From contig LT649355.1 of NCBI GenBank assembly GCA_900128395.1, forward strand, positions 1 to 33,970: a stretch of DNA of 33,970 nt. The letters run 5' to 3'. Positions 1 through 11,248 of this stretch are shown one piece after another. The translations under genes and the position numbers were made by a program. The first letter of the stretch is position 1. The number at the start of each line of letters is the position of its first letter. The notes beneath the pieces are model-generated. The model worked only from the letters and a program-made list of their open reading frames with translations. It was not told where the DNA came from and did not search any database. The stretch comes from Stramenopiles sp. TOSAG23-2 (lineage: Eukaryota).

Positions 1-444
1 GAAAGTACATAGCCATACCACTGATAAAAAAAAAAGGCCGTCGTTTCAAAAGGTACTTTTTGGCAAACTCAATTTTGCACCTCCGACGTTCGTTGTGTAC
101 CTGCTATTTCTCCCATGCTATGTACCTGGAAAATAATGGAAGATTTTCTTATACTTTTCCCCATACTGTGCTGTTATAGAAAATTAATAACACTAATTAT
201 AATTAAAAAATGCATCTTAAAAAATGTAAAAATGGTGTTTTTAGGGCATTTTCCTTAAACAAAATGTCGTTATTGTGCGGTGTGTAATAATTTTTTACAA
301 CTTATATGTAATTAGTACTAGAATAATGTTATAGTCTCAATAATTTCAATAATATATCAAACATTTTCTATTTTTCTATTAATTATAGATGTAGATGTAT
401 TAATGTAGGATGTAATTCTATTTGTAAATACAAAATTAAATAGG

Positions 445-2232
445 ATGCAATTTTTGAAAGTATTACCAGCTGCTGTGGATGTAGTCGTCATCGGTGGTGG
501 GCATGCTGGATGTGAAGCCGCAGCAGCTGCTGCAAGGGCAGGTGCAAAAACGTTATTAATTAGTCAGAAATGGGATACCGTAGGTGAACTTTCTTGTAAT
601 CCTGCAATTGGCGGTGTTGGAAAAGGGACATTGGTAAGGGAAATAGATGCATTGGATGGTTTGATGGGAAAGGCAGCGGATGAAGCAGCGATTCATTTTC
701 GTTTATTAAATAGATCAAAAGGACCAGCTGTGCAAGGACCAAGATTACAAGTCGATCGTAACTTATACCGAAATGCCCTTCAAAAACTTTTAAAAGAAAC
801 TGGGCCTAATTTAATGTTTTATGAAGATGGCGTGGACGATTTAGAAGTTGCGGCAAATGATAAGATCAAAAAAGTCACGGGCGTTGCAACATCAAGTGGA
901 CAAACGGTGAAAACAAATAATGTAGTTGTTACTACCGGGACATTTTTAAGTGGAGTTGTACATATTGGACCAGAAAATTTTCCTGCTGGTCGATTTCGAC
1001 GAAGTAATGAAGATGGAGTGGAAGCACCAACCACAGCTTTGGCTAAAACGTTTAATAATTTAGGCTTTAGTTTGGGTAGATTAAATACTGGCACACCACC
1101 ACGAATAAAGCAATCTAGTATTGATTTTGATGGTTTGGTCACACAACCAAGCGAGATGGATGATGACATTCATTATTTATCCTTTTTGAATGAACATGAA
1201 AAATTTAATAATATTAATAATAATAATAAGCAGCAACGAGAATTAGTTCATTGTTTTCAAACAAGAACAAATGAAAAAACACATGAAATTATGAAAAATA
1301 ACCTACATCTTTTACCTAAGTATGACACAAATGAAGGTGGAGGTGTAGGGCCTAGATACTGCCCAAGTTTAGATAGGAAAATTATACGGTTTCAAGACCG
1401 TAAAAATCATATAGTATGGCTAGAACCAGAATTTTTACCCGGAAGTGTTGAAGAAGATGAAGGTATTATTTATCCAAATGGCATATCAATGTCATTACCA
1501 GAAAATATTCAAACAGAAATTGTACATTCAATCAAAGGTCTAGAGGAAGCTGTTATATTGCGCCCAGGGTATTCGGTTGAATACGATTTCGTCGATCCTA
1601 GAAATTTAGATCATACATTAAAAACGAAAAATGTTGATGGTTTGTATTTAGCTGGACAAATTAATGGAACAACTGGATATGAGGAGGCTGGTGCACAAGG
1701 CATTGTTGCTGGTGCAAACGCTGCATTAAGTGTGATTGGTGGTGAAGATGTATTATTTACATTGAAACGATCTGAAGCCATGATTGGTGTGTTAATTGAT
1801 GATTTAGTCCTGAAAGGTGCGAAAGAACCGTATCGAATGTTTACCTCCCGTGCAGAACATCGCTTAAAACTTCGAGCAGATAATGCAGATGTACGCCTTA
1901 CGCAATTAGGTAGAAATATTGGAATTGTCGGTGATGATAGATATTTTAATACATGCCAAAGGTTATTAGAGATCAATGATGCACATAAAGCACTTAGAGA
2001 TTTGAAGTGGAGTACGTCGAAATGGAAAAAAAATGGTATTCCTATTAAGCAAGATGGAGCCATTTTGACTGCAGCTGAAGTTATTGGTAGGCAAATCAAT
2101 AACGTTAAAATATCTATTGATGATATACCAACAGTAAATATATCACCCTTAGTCAAATCAACCGTTGAAATTGATTGTATATATTCAGATTATATTAAAG
2201 TTAGCAAAAAGTTGGATATACTTGAAAAGTAA
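445..2232 (+). CDS. MTO1: tRNA U34 modification flavoenzyme MnmG/GidA family (mitochondrial MTO1-like); lacks the usual C-terminal extension
   Basis: FAD-binding [47 protein letters not shown] and [14 protein letters not shown] motifs diagnostic of GidA/MnmG. Confidence 0.95.
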   Translation: MQFLKVLPAAVDVVVIGGGHAGCEAAAAAARAGAKTLLISQKWDTVGELSCNPAIGGVGKGTLVREIDALDGLMGKAADEAAIHFRLLNRSKGPAVQGPRLQVDRNLYRNALQKLLKETGPNLMFYEDGVDDLEVAANDKIKKVTGVATSSGQTVKTNNVVVTTGTFLSGVVHIGPENFPAGRFRRSNEDGVEAPTTALAKTFNNLGFSLGRLNTGTPPRIKQSSIDFDGLVTQPSEMDDDIHYLSFLNEHEKFNNINNNNKQQRELVHCFQTRTNEKTHEIMKNNLHLLPKYDTNEGGGVGPRYCPSLDRKIIRFQDRKNHIVWLEPEFLPGSVEEDEGIIYPNGISMSLPENIQTEIVHSIKGLEEAVILRPGYSVEYDFVDPRNLDHTLKTKNVDGLYLAGQINGTTGYEEAGAQGIVAGANAALSVIGGEDVLFTLKRSEAMIGVLIDDLVLKGAKEPYRMFTSRAEHRLKLRADNADVRLTQLGRNIGIVGDDRYFNTCQRLLEINDAHKALRDLKWSTSKWKKNGIPIKQDGAILTAAEVIGRQINNVKISIDDIPTVNISPLVKSTVEIDCIYSDYIKVSKKLDILEK

Positions 2233-2312
2233 AAAAGATGTTAGTTCTACTCGTATTTTAATTTTACTCATGATAAGAAGCATCATCTAGAGGATGCCAT
2301 GTTATAATTTTT

Positions 2313-5300
2313 TTACAACGCTGTATTTATCTTTGATTTATCATTCTTCTTCACCATTTCAAAAAATATACCATTCTCATTTTCTAATAATACATTTGGA
2401 GTGTCAAATTCTACAATTTTGCCTTCTTCCATCACAATAATACGGTCACTATCCATTATGGTATCTAATCGATGTGCAATTGTCAATACAGTTGTATCTT
2501 TGAATCTTTCACGAATCACTTTTTGAATCATTGCATCTGTCTTTCCATCAACGCTTGATGTTGCTTCGTCTATGAGCAAAACTTTGCATGATCGAACTAA
2601 TGCTCTACATATAACTAATAATTGTCGTTCACCATGACTTAACTCTGAGCCATCTTCTCCAACATAAAAATTTAATCCATCATCACCAGTTTTGTCAAAT
2701 CTGGACTTTAAATTTACCTCCTCCAGAGCTTTCCATAAAATTTCATCGTCAATGCCATCATGATTTGGATCTAAATTTTCTCTTACTGTCCCTGCAAACA
2801 CAACAGGTTCTTGTGGAATAATTGATATTATTTCGCTACGCAACTTTTTTAATGAAATATTTTTACAATTTATCCCACCAATGATAATCTCTCCCTCTTG
2901 GACTATGTAACGTTATGACAAGATTGATGATTGTTAGAGAAACAAAGAGATTTTTTTGCATGCATTTTAGGCAATGATAAAGCTTTTTACTTACGGGATT
3001 CAAACAAATGTAGCATTGCACGCATTATGGAACTTTTTCCACTTCCAGTTCGTCCAACAATACCAATGGTTTCACCATCATTTATTTTTGCATTTATTTC
3101 TTTTAATATAATAGGAAGATTTTCACGATAACGAAGTGATAAATTAACGATTTCAATAGAACCTGTATTAGGTATTGCTGATACACCTTGTTCAGGATTG
3201 CCATCAGCCGTTTTACCATTTTTCTTCAGTCGTATCATCTCTTCATCATCAATAGTTAATAATTCTTGGACACGTTCCACTGAAGTCAATTCATTCTCTA
3301 ATTGTACTAATGCCATAACAGTCCATGATGTCATGCCCATTAATTGTAGAGAATAAACAAAAGCTAATGATAATAGATTGGTATCTAATACACGCCTTAA
3401 TGAGGTTCCAAGTATAGTCAATAGCAATATAAAGATAGATGCTATTGTGTTGACATTTATAGAAGACCAACGCGTCAATATTTTGTCCATTAAAAAAAAC
3501 CTAGCTTGTGAATCACATTTAGATTGTGCATCTTTGACAAAATAGTCTACGACTCCGTATGCTCGTATAGCTTCCTTACTTTGTAAAGCTTGATCAAATG
3601 CCACATTTATTGGCGAACGTGAGACTGCATCCATTCGTTGCATTTCTCTGCCAGATCCTCGATAAAGCATGAATATAAATCTATATACTACTATCACAGG
3701 CAAAATTACTAAAAACACATATACACAACTAACACCGGCAAGTACATAGCAACTCAGCAATGTGAAGACATTATCAAGCATTTGATAAAGTATATTTGGT
3801 AGCATTGTGTCACTTTTTTGCATATCCGCAGACAATCTATTCAATACTCTACCGACAGGATTTTGTTGAAAATATAACAATGGCGCATTAAACAAACAGT
3901 TTATAGCACTCTCGTGCAAGTTTTTCGAGGATCGAATCGCTAAATAGACACCAAAAAACGCTCTTGTCAATGCTATACAAACATTTAATCCAACAAGTAT
4001 TGCAGCATCCTGGATGAATGATGATTGTGTTTTACTCCTTGTTGTCACAGTAGTAACATTATTGCCGTTCAAAACGATTTGTTTGTTGCTAAGTGGCGCC
4101 ACACTCCACCTAGTAAATATAACATCAATATAAACACGTACAGTTTGCCCTCCAATATATAAAGCGAAAATTAGCAGGCAAATTGCCCAACCCAAAGTAC
4201 TACCACCAACAGCCATATCAAAATGTTTTTTACAGACTTGTCTCTTCACTGCTCCTTTTTGACGAGTTTCTTCTACTACAATGTCGTTTCTATTTTCTTT
4301 CTTTTTCAAATGAAGTTCCTTCGCCGATTTTATATCACTATCCTCGATTACTGCATTATCATCATGTAACTGTATTGTATTTGTTGCAACTATTAAACTG
4401 CTATTGTTATTTTTAGCAACGTTAGTAGCATCACTGTTATCATTATTTACCGTGTTACACACTTCATCAAACGTTCCTACCTTTTCTAGCTCCCCATTTT
4501 GTGAAAGAACAATTATCATATCTGTGTGCTCCAATAATTGAACGTGTGAACTAACTATCAAAATTCTTGTAAACCCTTTTAAATGATTTAATAATCCCTT
4601 ATTAAACATTTTATATGCTACATCAACATCTACAGCACTAAGTGGGTCATCAAATATAGCTACATTATTACCATTATCAACATCATTCTTGTGATTATAT
4701 TTGCTGTGGTACAAACATCTAGCAAATGCAACTCGTGCTCTTTGACCACCAGAAAGATTTACACCATGTTCACCTATTTCCGTTAAATCATTATCGACTA
4801 ATAATCGAATGTCTTCACTCAAGCATGAAGCATCAATGCATTCAAAATACAACGATTGGTTCATTGTTAATCCAAATAATATATTTGAACGTAAAGTTGA
4901 ATTGAAAATGAAAGGTTTTTGACCAACATACGATGTATGCATGTTGGATGATTTTTTAATTGCAGAATTTGGATAACATTTTAATTCTCCAAGGAGACCT
5001 TTGATTAAACAGGTTTTCCCAGCACCAACACCACCAACAATTCCAACGAATGCACCTTTTTTTATTTGAAAAGATAAATTTTTAATCGTATATTTTAGAT
5101 TTTTGTGATTACTACTAGAAAGTTCATGGAACGAAAAGCTAGCATTTTTTAAATCAAAAATTGCTTGTTCATTATTCTCATTACTTTGCTTCGATATATC
5201 CATTTCTTCCTTTTTCAACCCACCATCCTTTTCCTTCTCAATATCTTTTAACAAAAAGCAATTTGGACTTTCTGGTAAATTTAAAAACGCATTGATCCGA

Positions 5301-6421
5301 CTCAAAGAAACCCTGGCTTGAAAAAAATTGCTAGCAGCCATTGGAATAATCAACAAGGGAAATCTAACTATATTGATATAAGCAAGTGTTTCAATGCATT
5401 GTGGCAATCCTAATTCACCACCAAACCATATGATGCTTGAAAATGTAAACAAAGCAACGATGGATGGAAAACAAAAGTTAACACAACGTAAAAACGCTTC
5501 TAAATATAAAATTGTTTGTGTTTCTTTTAATTCTAAATTACGTGCCACCCGCATCCGTTGTTTAAAGGAATCTTCCATTCGCGCACTTTTCAATAATTGT
5601 ATACCAAACAAAGCTGATTGTAATATTTTTGTTCGACGATCCGTATATGTCATCATAATTCTGCGATGTCTACCAATATGAGCAGAAACAAATGCATTTA
5701 ATGGCAAAAGCAACAGTAGCAAACCAAAACCTACCAATGCTGCATATCCAATGGAAATGTACATACTATATAAACAATATAGAACAAATAACACAGCAAG
5801 ATACAAATAATGAAAAAAATTCAAACATAAATAGAATTTATCAGCATCGTTACTAACTAAGTTTGCAAGCGTCCCAAGTGCATTGCCGGAACACGTATGT
5901 AATCGTAATGCCTTTTGGTGCAGTAAATTAACAGTCAATTGCCTGACCGATACGCCGATACGAGCTAAAACATGGAATTTCCAATTAATAGTATAGGCAT
6001 ACATAATACCACAACCACATAGAGAAAATGCTAATAAAATTCCTGTTGTATCCACAGAATTAGGATCTTTCAAAAATTCCACCACTTTTCTTAACAGTTG
6101 CGGTTGCAATCCTGCAGCTACGCACCAGCCAAAATAAAAACATTGAGCTAAAATCCAGGGAGGATAATATAGGCGAAACAAATAATGAAACAAATTAATC
6201 CTTTTTCCCTTCTTTTTGTGTTTCTTGTATAATATATCAAAATTTTTCAAAACAGTTGCTGATGTTGTATCATGCGGGATGAGAAAAGTATCATCAAAAG
6301 AAACAGTGCGTGATAGATTTTTGTACAACCATCCATATAAAAAACAATAAAACAACTCGTTGACTCTGTATCCTTTGCCTAATTGTGGTGGTGGTCCTTT
6401 CACTCTGTTGTCACTAGACAT
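2313..6421 (-). CDS. ABC transporter C family (MRP-like, TMD1-NBD1-TMD2-NBD2, no TMD0); exons 6421-2995 and 2902-2313, about 1338 aa
   Basis: NBD1 GGVGAGKT / LSGGQRAR / IFDDPLSAVD; NBD2 GRTGSGKSS, IIPQEP, LSHGERQL, LIDEATSSVD, TIAHRL. Removing the intron joins LHLFES-LQEGEIIIGGINCKNISLKKLRSEIISIIPQEP in frame. Confidence 0.93.
2903..2994 (-). other. Spliceosomal intron (92 nt, phase 1) in the ABCC gene
   Basis: GTAAGT donor at 2994, CTAAC branch (2937-2933), TAG acceptor ending 2903; splicing restores a continuous NBD2. Confidence 0.92.
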
Positions 6422-7185
6422 AATCTTTGTAGTTTTGTTATATGTCGTCTAATGGTATTATCTTTAACATACAGTATGTAGTCGTAGTCGTAGTCGTAGT
6501 AGTGTTACCTATTCAACTATTGTAGTTAAATTTATTATAATGAATAATAAAACTTATCGTAATTATATTTAATCTATTATAATAAAAGCCTTGGAACTTG
6601 TATGTATTTTTGCATTTTATTATTATATTTTTAAATATGGCCATGAAATATATGGCAGCCTCCGTTTGTCCAACCTGATGGGTGCATGGCACACCTTAAC
6701 CTCTGTAAACCAAACCTGTGTTTATGTTAATGTAGGAGTACATGTGATTAACACTAACAGCATTTATAATATGAAAAACCATCCGAAATTTAAACTCCAT
6801 AAAAACACCTATTGCATTTTTTATCCAGCCGGGCCAGGAAATAGAAATAACCAAAATTTGGATCGAAAAAAAAATGAATGAGACATAATTAGCAGCAAAT
6901 ACAATGTAATTGCTACTGTGATAATATCTTATAATATTTTTTTATTACTCATTACAGAAGTAATTTACTAGTATATAGATCTACTACTATTCCTATATAT
7001 ATATATATATATATAATATATTATACATTATTATATTCGCACACCACACACTAAATAATAAGTAATGCAAAAGAATTTATAAAGAAAATTATATAAATAA
7101 TTGATATACTTTATTCAATAAGGAAGTCAATTCTCTTTATTTTCGTCTTATTAATCGTTCAATATTTGTGTAAGTTTATGCAAAA

Positions 7186-10100
7186 ATGGCAACTAATGGC
7201 TGGCGTACAATTAAAGTAAATAGCGAACAAGCTGAGAGATATCCAACAAATGAAGTTATTAGTTCAAAATATACGTGGTACAACTTTATTTTTAAAGCAC
7301 TGTTTGAACAATTTCAACGTGCGGCAAATTGCTACTTCTTATTGATATGCTTCTTACAAACGTGGACGCTTGTGAGTATTACAGGTGGTGTCCCAACACA
7401 AGCACCTGTTTTATTTTTCATTTTAACGCTTTCACTTTGTAAAGTTGGTTATGAAGATTACCTGCGTCATAAAGCAGATGCAGAGGAGAACGGCCAAAAA
7501 GTAGATCAATTTAATCCAGAGACAAAACAATTCGAAAACGTTACATTTACAGAATGCAAAGTTGGATCTATATTAAAGATAAAAAACCGGGACCAAGTTC
7601 CGTCAGATTGTTGCTTGATTGCTTCTTCCGATACGGCAACAAATGCAGTCTTTGTAAACACAAAGGCGTTAGATGGCGAGACTGATTTGAAAATTCGCGA
7701 AGTTCACACTGATTTAGTGTTACCAAAAAATCTGGCAAATTTAAATCCAGAAGCACTTGCTGGAAAGATTGCGCAAGATGACTTGAAAGCAGAGGCACCG
7801 AGTAAAAATTTGCTGAAATTTGAAGGCACCTATTGTAAAAACGAAGAAAATGTTAGTCTTGATCGAAGTAATATCATTTTACGTGGTGTACAACTTCGTC
7901 AAGTTGAATGGTGTCTTGCCGTTGTACTATACACGGGTAAAGATACAAAAATTCAAATGAATTCCATTCGACCACCACAAAAAACTAGCACAATGGGTGG
8001 ATGGACAAGCCGCGATACTGGAAGAATGTTCGTGATTGACATATGCATGTGCTTAGCATCAGCAACAATTGGTTCAATTATGCGTAGCAATACGGCTTCG
8101 AATTATTTTGCGATCGGGCAAGATACAAAGGATTCATCAAATCGTATATATATGACGTCCATGGATAATGCTTCATATGGTGAGGTAGATCGTGGAGGTA
8201 TATCAGGTGGTTTTATTGAATGGGTGTTGAATTTTTTCCAATACTTTTTAATTTTCACGACTTTCATTCCAATATCGTTGCTTGTAACAATAGATTTTGT
8301 GAAGTTCTTTCAAAAATTCATTATCCAAGCAGATTTAGATATGTATTACGATGTAACTGATACGCCAATGCGCGTTCGTAGCTCCGAGTTGAACGAATCA
8401 TTAGGTATGGTCAGCCACGTATTTTCTGATAAAACTGGAACGCTAACATGTAACGTAATGGAATTTCGCAAAGCGTCGATAAACGGCATAAGCTATGGAA
8501 AAGGTTTAACACAAATTGGCGTAGGAAGATTCCAACGAGAAAATCCAGGAAAACCTATTCCAAAAGATCCTGTGGTTGATGGGCCGAAGACAGATTTTGT
8601 GAATTTCTTAGATGTTGGCCATACACTACAAAAGAAAATGGACAAAGGCAATTCTGAAGATGCACAATTGGCAAAGAAATTTTGTTTGAATTTGGCATTG
8701 AATCATGAAGTCATCCCAGAAGAAGTTGATGGAAGCGACGAATTGATATATTCAGGTCCATCGCCAGATGAAGTTGCATTTGTTTATTTCGCAAAACATA
8801 TGGGATATTATTACAACAAACGTACGCGTAGAACAGCAACAGTGAAAATTAATGGTAAAAATGAGGAATATGATATTTTAGAAGTGCTTAAATTTAGCAG
8901 TGCTAGAAAGCGCAGTTCCGTTCTTTGCAGAAAAACAGGAACATCAGGCAATATTACTGTATTTTGCAAAGGCGCAGATAACGTGATGAAACCATTATTA
9001 GACAAAAATTGCTCTCGTACAAGAAAAATGATGAAAGATACTCTAACCCATATACAGAATTATAGTGATGATGGATTAAGAATTTTGATGATTGCTGAGA
9101 AAACGGTTAGTGAAAAATGGTACGGCGCATGGCGAGCACGTATGGATAATGCAAAAAATGCAATGGAAAATCGCGAGGAAAAAGTGGAAGCTGTCATGGC
9201 AGAAATCGAGGGAGACTTGACTTTATGTGGTGTCACTGCAATTGAGGATAAATTGCAAGATGGTGTACCCAAATGCATTGCAAGTCTTCGTAAAGCTGGA
9301 ATTAAGGTATGGATGTTAACTGGCGACAAAGTGGATACTGCTATCAATATTGGCTATGCATGCCAATTAATTGCTCCAGACATGCGTGTATTGGAGCTTA
9401 CAGCAAAGGCCAGTAAGAAAGCACAGTTAGATCTGGACAAAGATGGTATTCCAACTCAAGTATGTTTGGAAACTGAAATGAGAAAAGCATTGGTTAGTGC
9501 AAGAGATGCAGTAGGAAAGAACCAAGAAGTTGTTGCAGTTTTGGATACTTATTTTTTAACTGCTATTGAGAAATACGAAGATTTTCCACATTTGCTTGAG
9601 TTATCACAAATGTGCAAATCTTTCATTGCTGCACGTGTCAGCCCAGATCAAAAAGGACAAATCGTCATGATGATACGAGACAATTCTTCTCCAGATATTG
9701 TTACATTAGCGATTGGAGATGGGGCGAACGATGTCAACATGATACAAAAAGCCCATGTAGGAGTTGGAATCGAAGGTCTTGAAGGAAAGCAAGCAGTAAA
9801 CAACAGTGACTTTGCTATTGCACAATTTCGATTCTTGCAAAAACTATTACTATGCCATGGAAGATGGTGTTACAGAAGAATGGCCACAGTTTCATATTAT
9901 ATGTTTTACAAAAATGCTTTCTTTGTATTCGCAAATTGGTTCACCGGTTTCTGGCAAAACTTTTCAGGACAAAACTATTACCTTGAATACCCATTATACC
10001 AAGGACACAATATGTTTTGGACAGCATTGCCAATTATTATATTTGGCGTGTTTGATAAAGATTTAGTGAAAGACGTTTGCATGCGTGTACCCGAAGTGTA

Positions 10101-10806
10101 TCAGGACGGAATTAAAGGGGTATATTTCAGCAATAAAATATTTGCACAATGGATCTTCGAAGCATTAGTAACTGGTATTATTTGCTCTTGCATGGGCCTT
10201 ATAACCGTGGAATACAGCAGCATTGGGAGGTTTGGCGTTGGTTTGTATTACATTGGTACCATCATTCATCTCTGCATGTCTGTGGTAACAAATGTACGTT
10301 TAATGCTAATTGTAAGAGATTGGACGTGGGTAGTCGTTCTCATATTTACGGGATCGATCGCATCATGGTTTCTTATAATGATTTGGCTGTCTGAAAGTTT
10401 CATCCAAACAATGCAGAATTTTTTCTCAATGAATACAGTAGGTATGCTTGAACAGTTGGTGAAAGACGAGTATTGGTGGTTTACCTTGCTTTTAGCAAAT
10501 GTATTATGCATTATGCCATTCTTTGCACAGAAAGCTTACATGTCATTCTATAGACCGCGAACTTCGCAACTAATGCAAGAATATCAATATAAACATGCAA
10601 CTCGACTTGGTTTAGATAAACGCCCTGTATTTTGTTGTTGTGGCAAGCAAGAGGGAGATCCAAGAGAAGTGGAAATTGAAGTAAAGGAAATTGAATTAAA
10701 AGATATGTTTGAAGGAGAAAAAGATCAAGAATATGAAAAGCGTATATTAAATATAAATTCAGAATCTACAGGATCATTGTCCAGCGAGAATCCTCTCAAC
10801 GTATAA
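7186..10806 (+). CDS. P4-type ATPase (phospholipid flippase)
   Basis: SSKYT, LDGETD actuator motif, PISL in TM4, DKTGTLT phosphorylation site, SPDE, KGAD, WMLTGDK, GDGAND, HGRWCY; multiple hydrophobic segments. Confidence 0.96.
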   Translation: MATNGWRTIKVNSEQAERYPTNEVISSKYTWYNFIFKALFEQFQRAANCYFLLICFLQTWTLVSITGGVPTQAPVLFFILTLSLCKVGYEDYLRHKADAEENGQKVDQFNPETKQFENVTFTECKVGSILKIKNRDQVPSDCCLIASSDTATNAVFVNTKALDGETDLKIREVHTDLVLPKNLANLNPEALAGKIAQDDLKAEAPSKNLLKFEGTYCKNEENVSLDRSNIILRGVQLRQVEWCLAVVLYTGKDTKIQMNSIRPPQKTSTMGGWTSRDTGRMFVIDICMCLASATIGSIMRSNTASNYFAIGQDTKDSSNRIYMTSMDNASYGEVDRGGISGGFIEWVLNFFQYFLIFTTFIPISLLVTIDFVKFFQKFIIQADLDMYYDVTDTPMRVRSSELNESLGMVSHVFSDKTGTLTCNVMEFRKASINGISYGKGLTQIGVGRFQRENPGKPIPKDPVVDGPKTDFVNFLDVGHTLQKKMDKGNSEDAQLAKKFCLNLALNHEVIPEEVDGSDELIYSGPSPDEVAFVYFAKHMGYYYNKRTRRTATVKINGKNEEYDILEVLKFSSARKRSSVLCRKTGTSGNITVFCKGADNVMKPLLDKNCSRTRKMMKDTLTHIQNYSDDGLRILMIAEKTVSEKWYGAWRARMDNAKNAMENREEKVEAVMAEIEGDLTLCGVTAIEDKLQDGVPKCIASLRKAGIKVWMLTGDKVDTAINIGYACQLIAPDMRVLELTAKASKKAQLDLDKDGIPTQVCLETEMRKALVSARDAVGKNQEVVAVLDTYFLTAIEKYEDFPHLLELSQMCKSFIAARVSPDQKGQIVMMIRDNSSPDIVTLAIGDGANDVNMIQKAHVGVGIEGLEGKQAVNNSDFAIAQFRFLQKLLLCHGRWCYRRMATVSYYMFYKNAFFVFANWFTGFWQNFSGQNYYLEYPLYQGHNMFWTALPIIIFGVFDKDLVKDVCMRVPEVYQDGIKGVYFSNKIFAQWIFEALVTGIICSCMGLITVEYSSIGRFGVGLYYIGTIIHLCMSVVTNVRLMLIVRDWTWVVVLIFTGSIASWFLIMIWLSESFIQTMQNFFSMNTVGMLEQLVKDEYWWFTLLLANVLCIMPFFAQKAYMSFYRPRTSQLMQEYQYKHATRLGLDKRPVFCCCGKQEGDPREVEIEVKEIELKDMFEGEKDQEYEKRILNINSESTGSLSSENPLNV

Positions 10807-11248
10807 AAATCTATTGTGATAATAAAACGATAATGAGTGTGTGTTATAAATTATAATTATATCGAATACGAAGTAGTATTTTAATTTGAAGTTGTATAGT
10901 CTTATTATTTAGTATACTTATTTTAATTATGCCTATTTTATATACTGGTATATGGTACAGTATATAGTATTCTTTATATAATGGTATAATTCTAGAATAA
11001 TTAGAATACATGAGTAGAGCTATAATACCTGGTACAGTACGAGGATAACGAACGTGCGAACGTGGCCAATTGTGCAATTAATTTTTAAATAATAAAATTG
11101 GTTTACATATTTATTCTATTTATTAACATATAAATACACAAAACGTATTTGGTAATTCATATGCGTGTTTGTTTGATAATTTATAAATAGACACAGAACA
11201 AACGCACATATATATACTTAAGCCCAGAGGCATCCACACTGTATCCAT

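Noticed and set aside
6591-6881. 96-aa ORF in the ABCC/flippase divergent region
   Set aside because: TTG start, no recognisable motif, lies in promoter-like DNA; it also does not encode the missing MTO1 C-terminus
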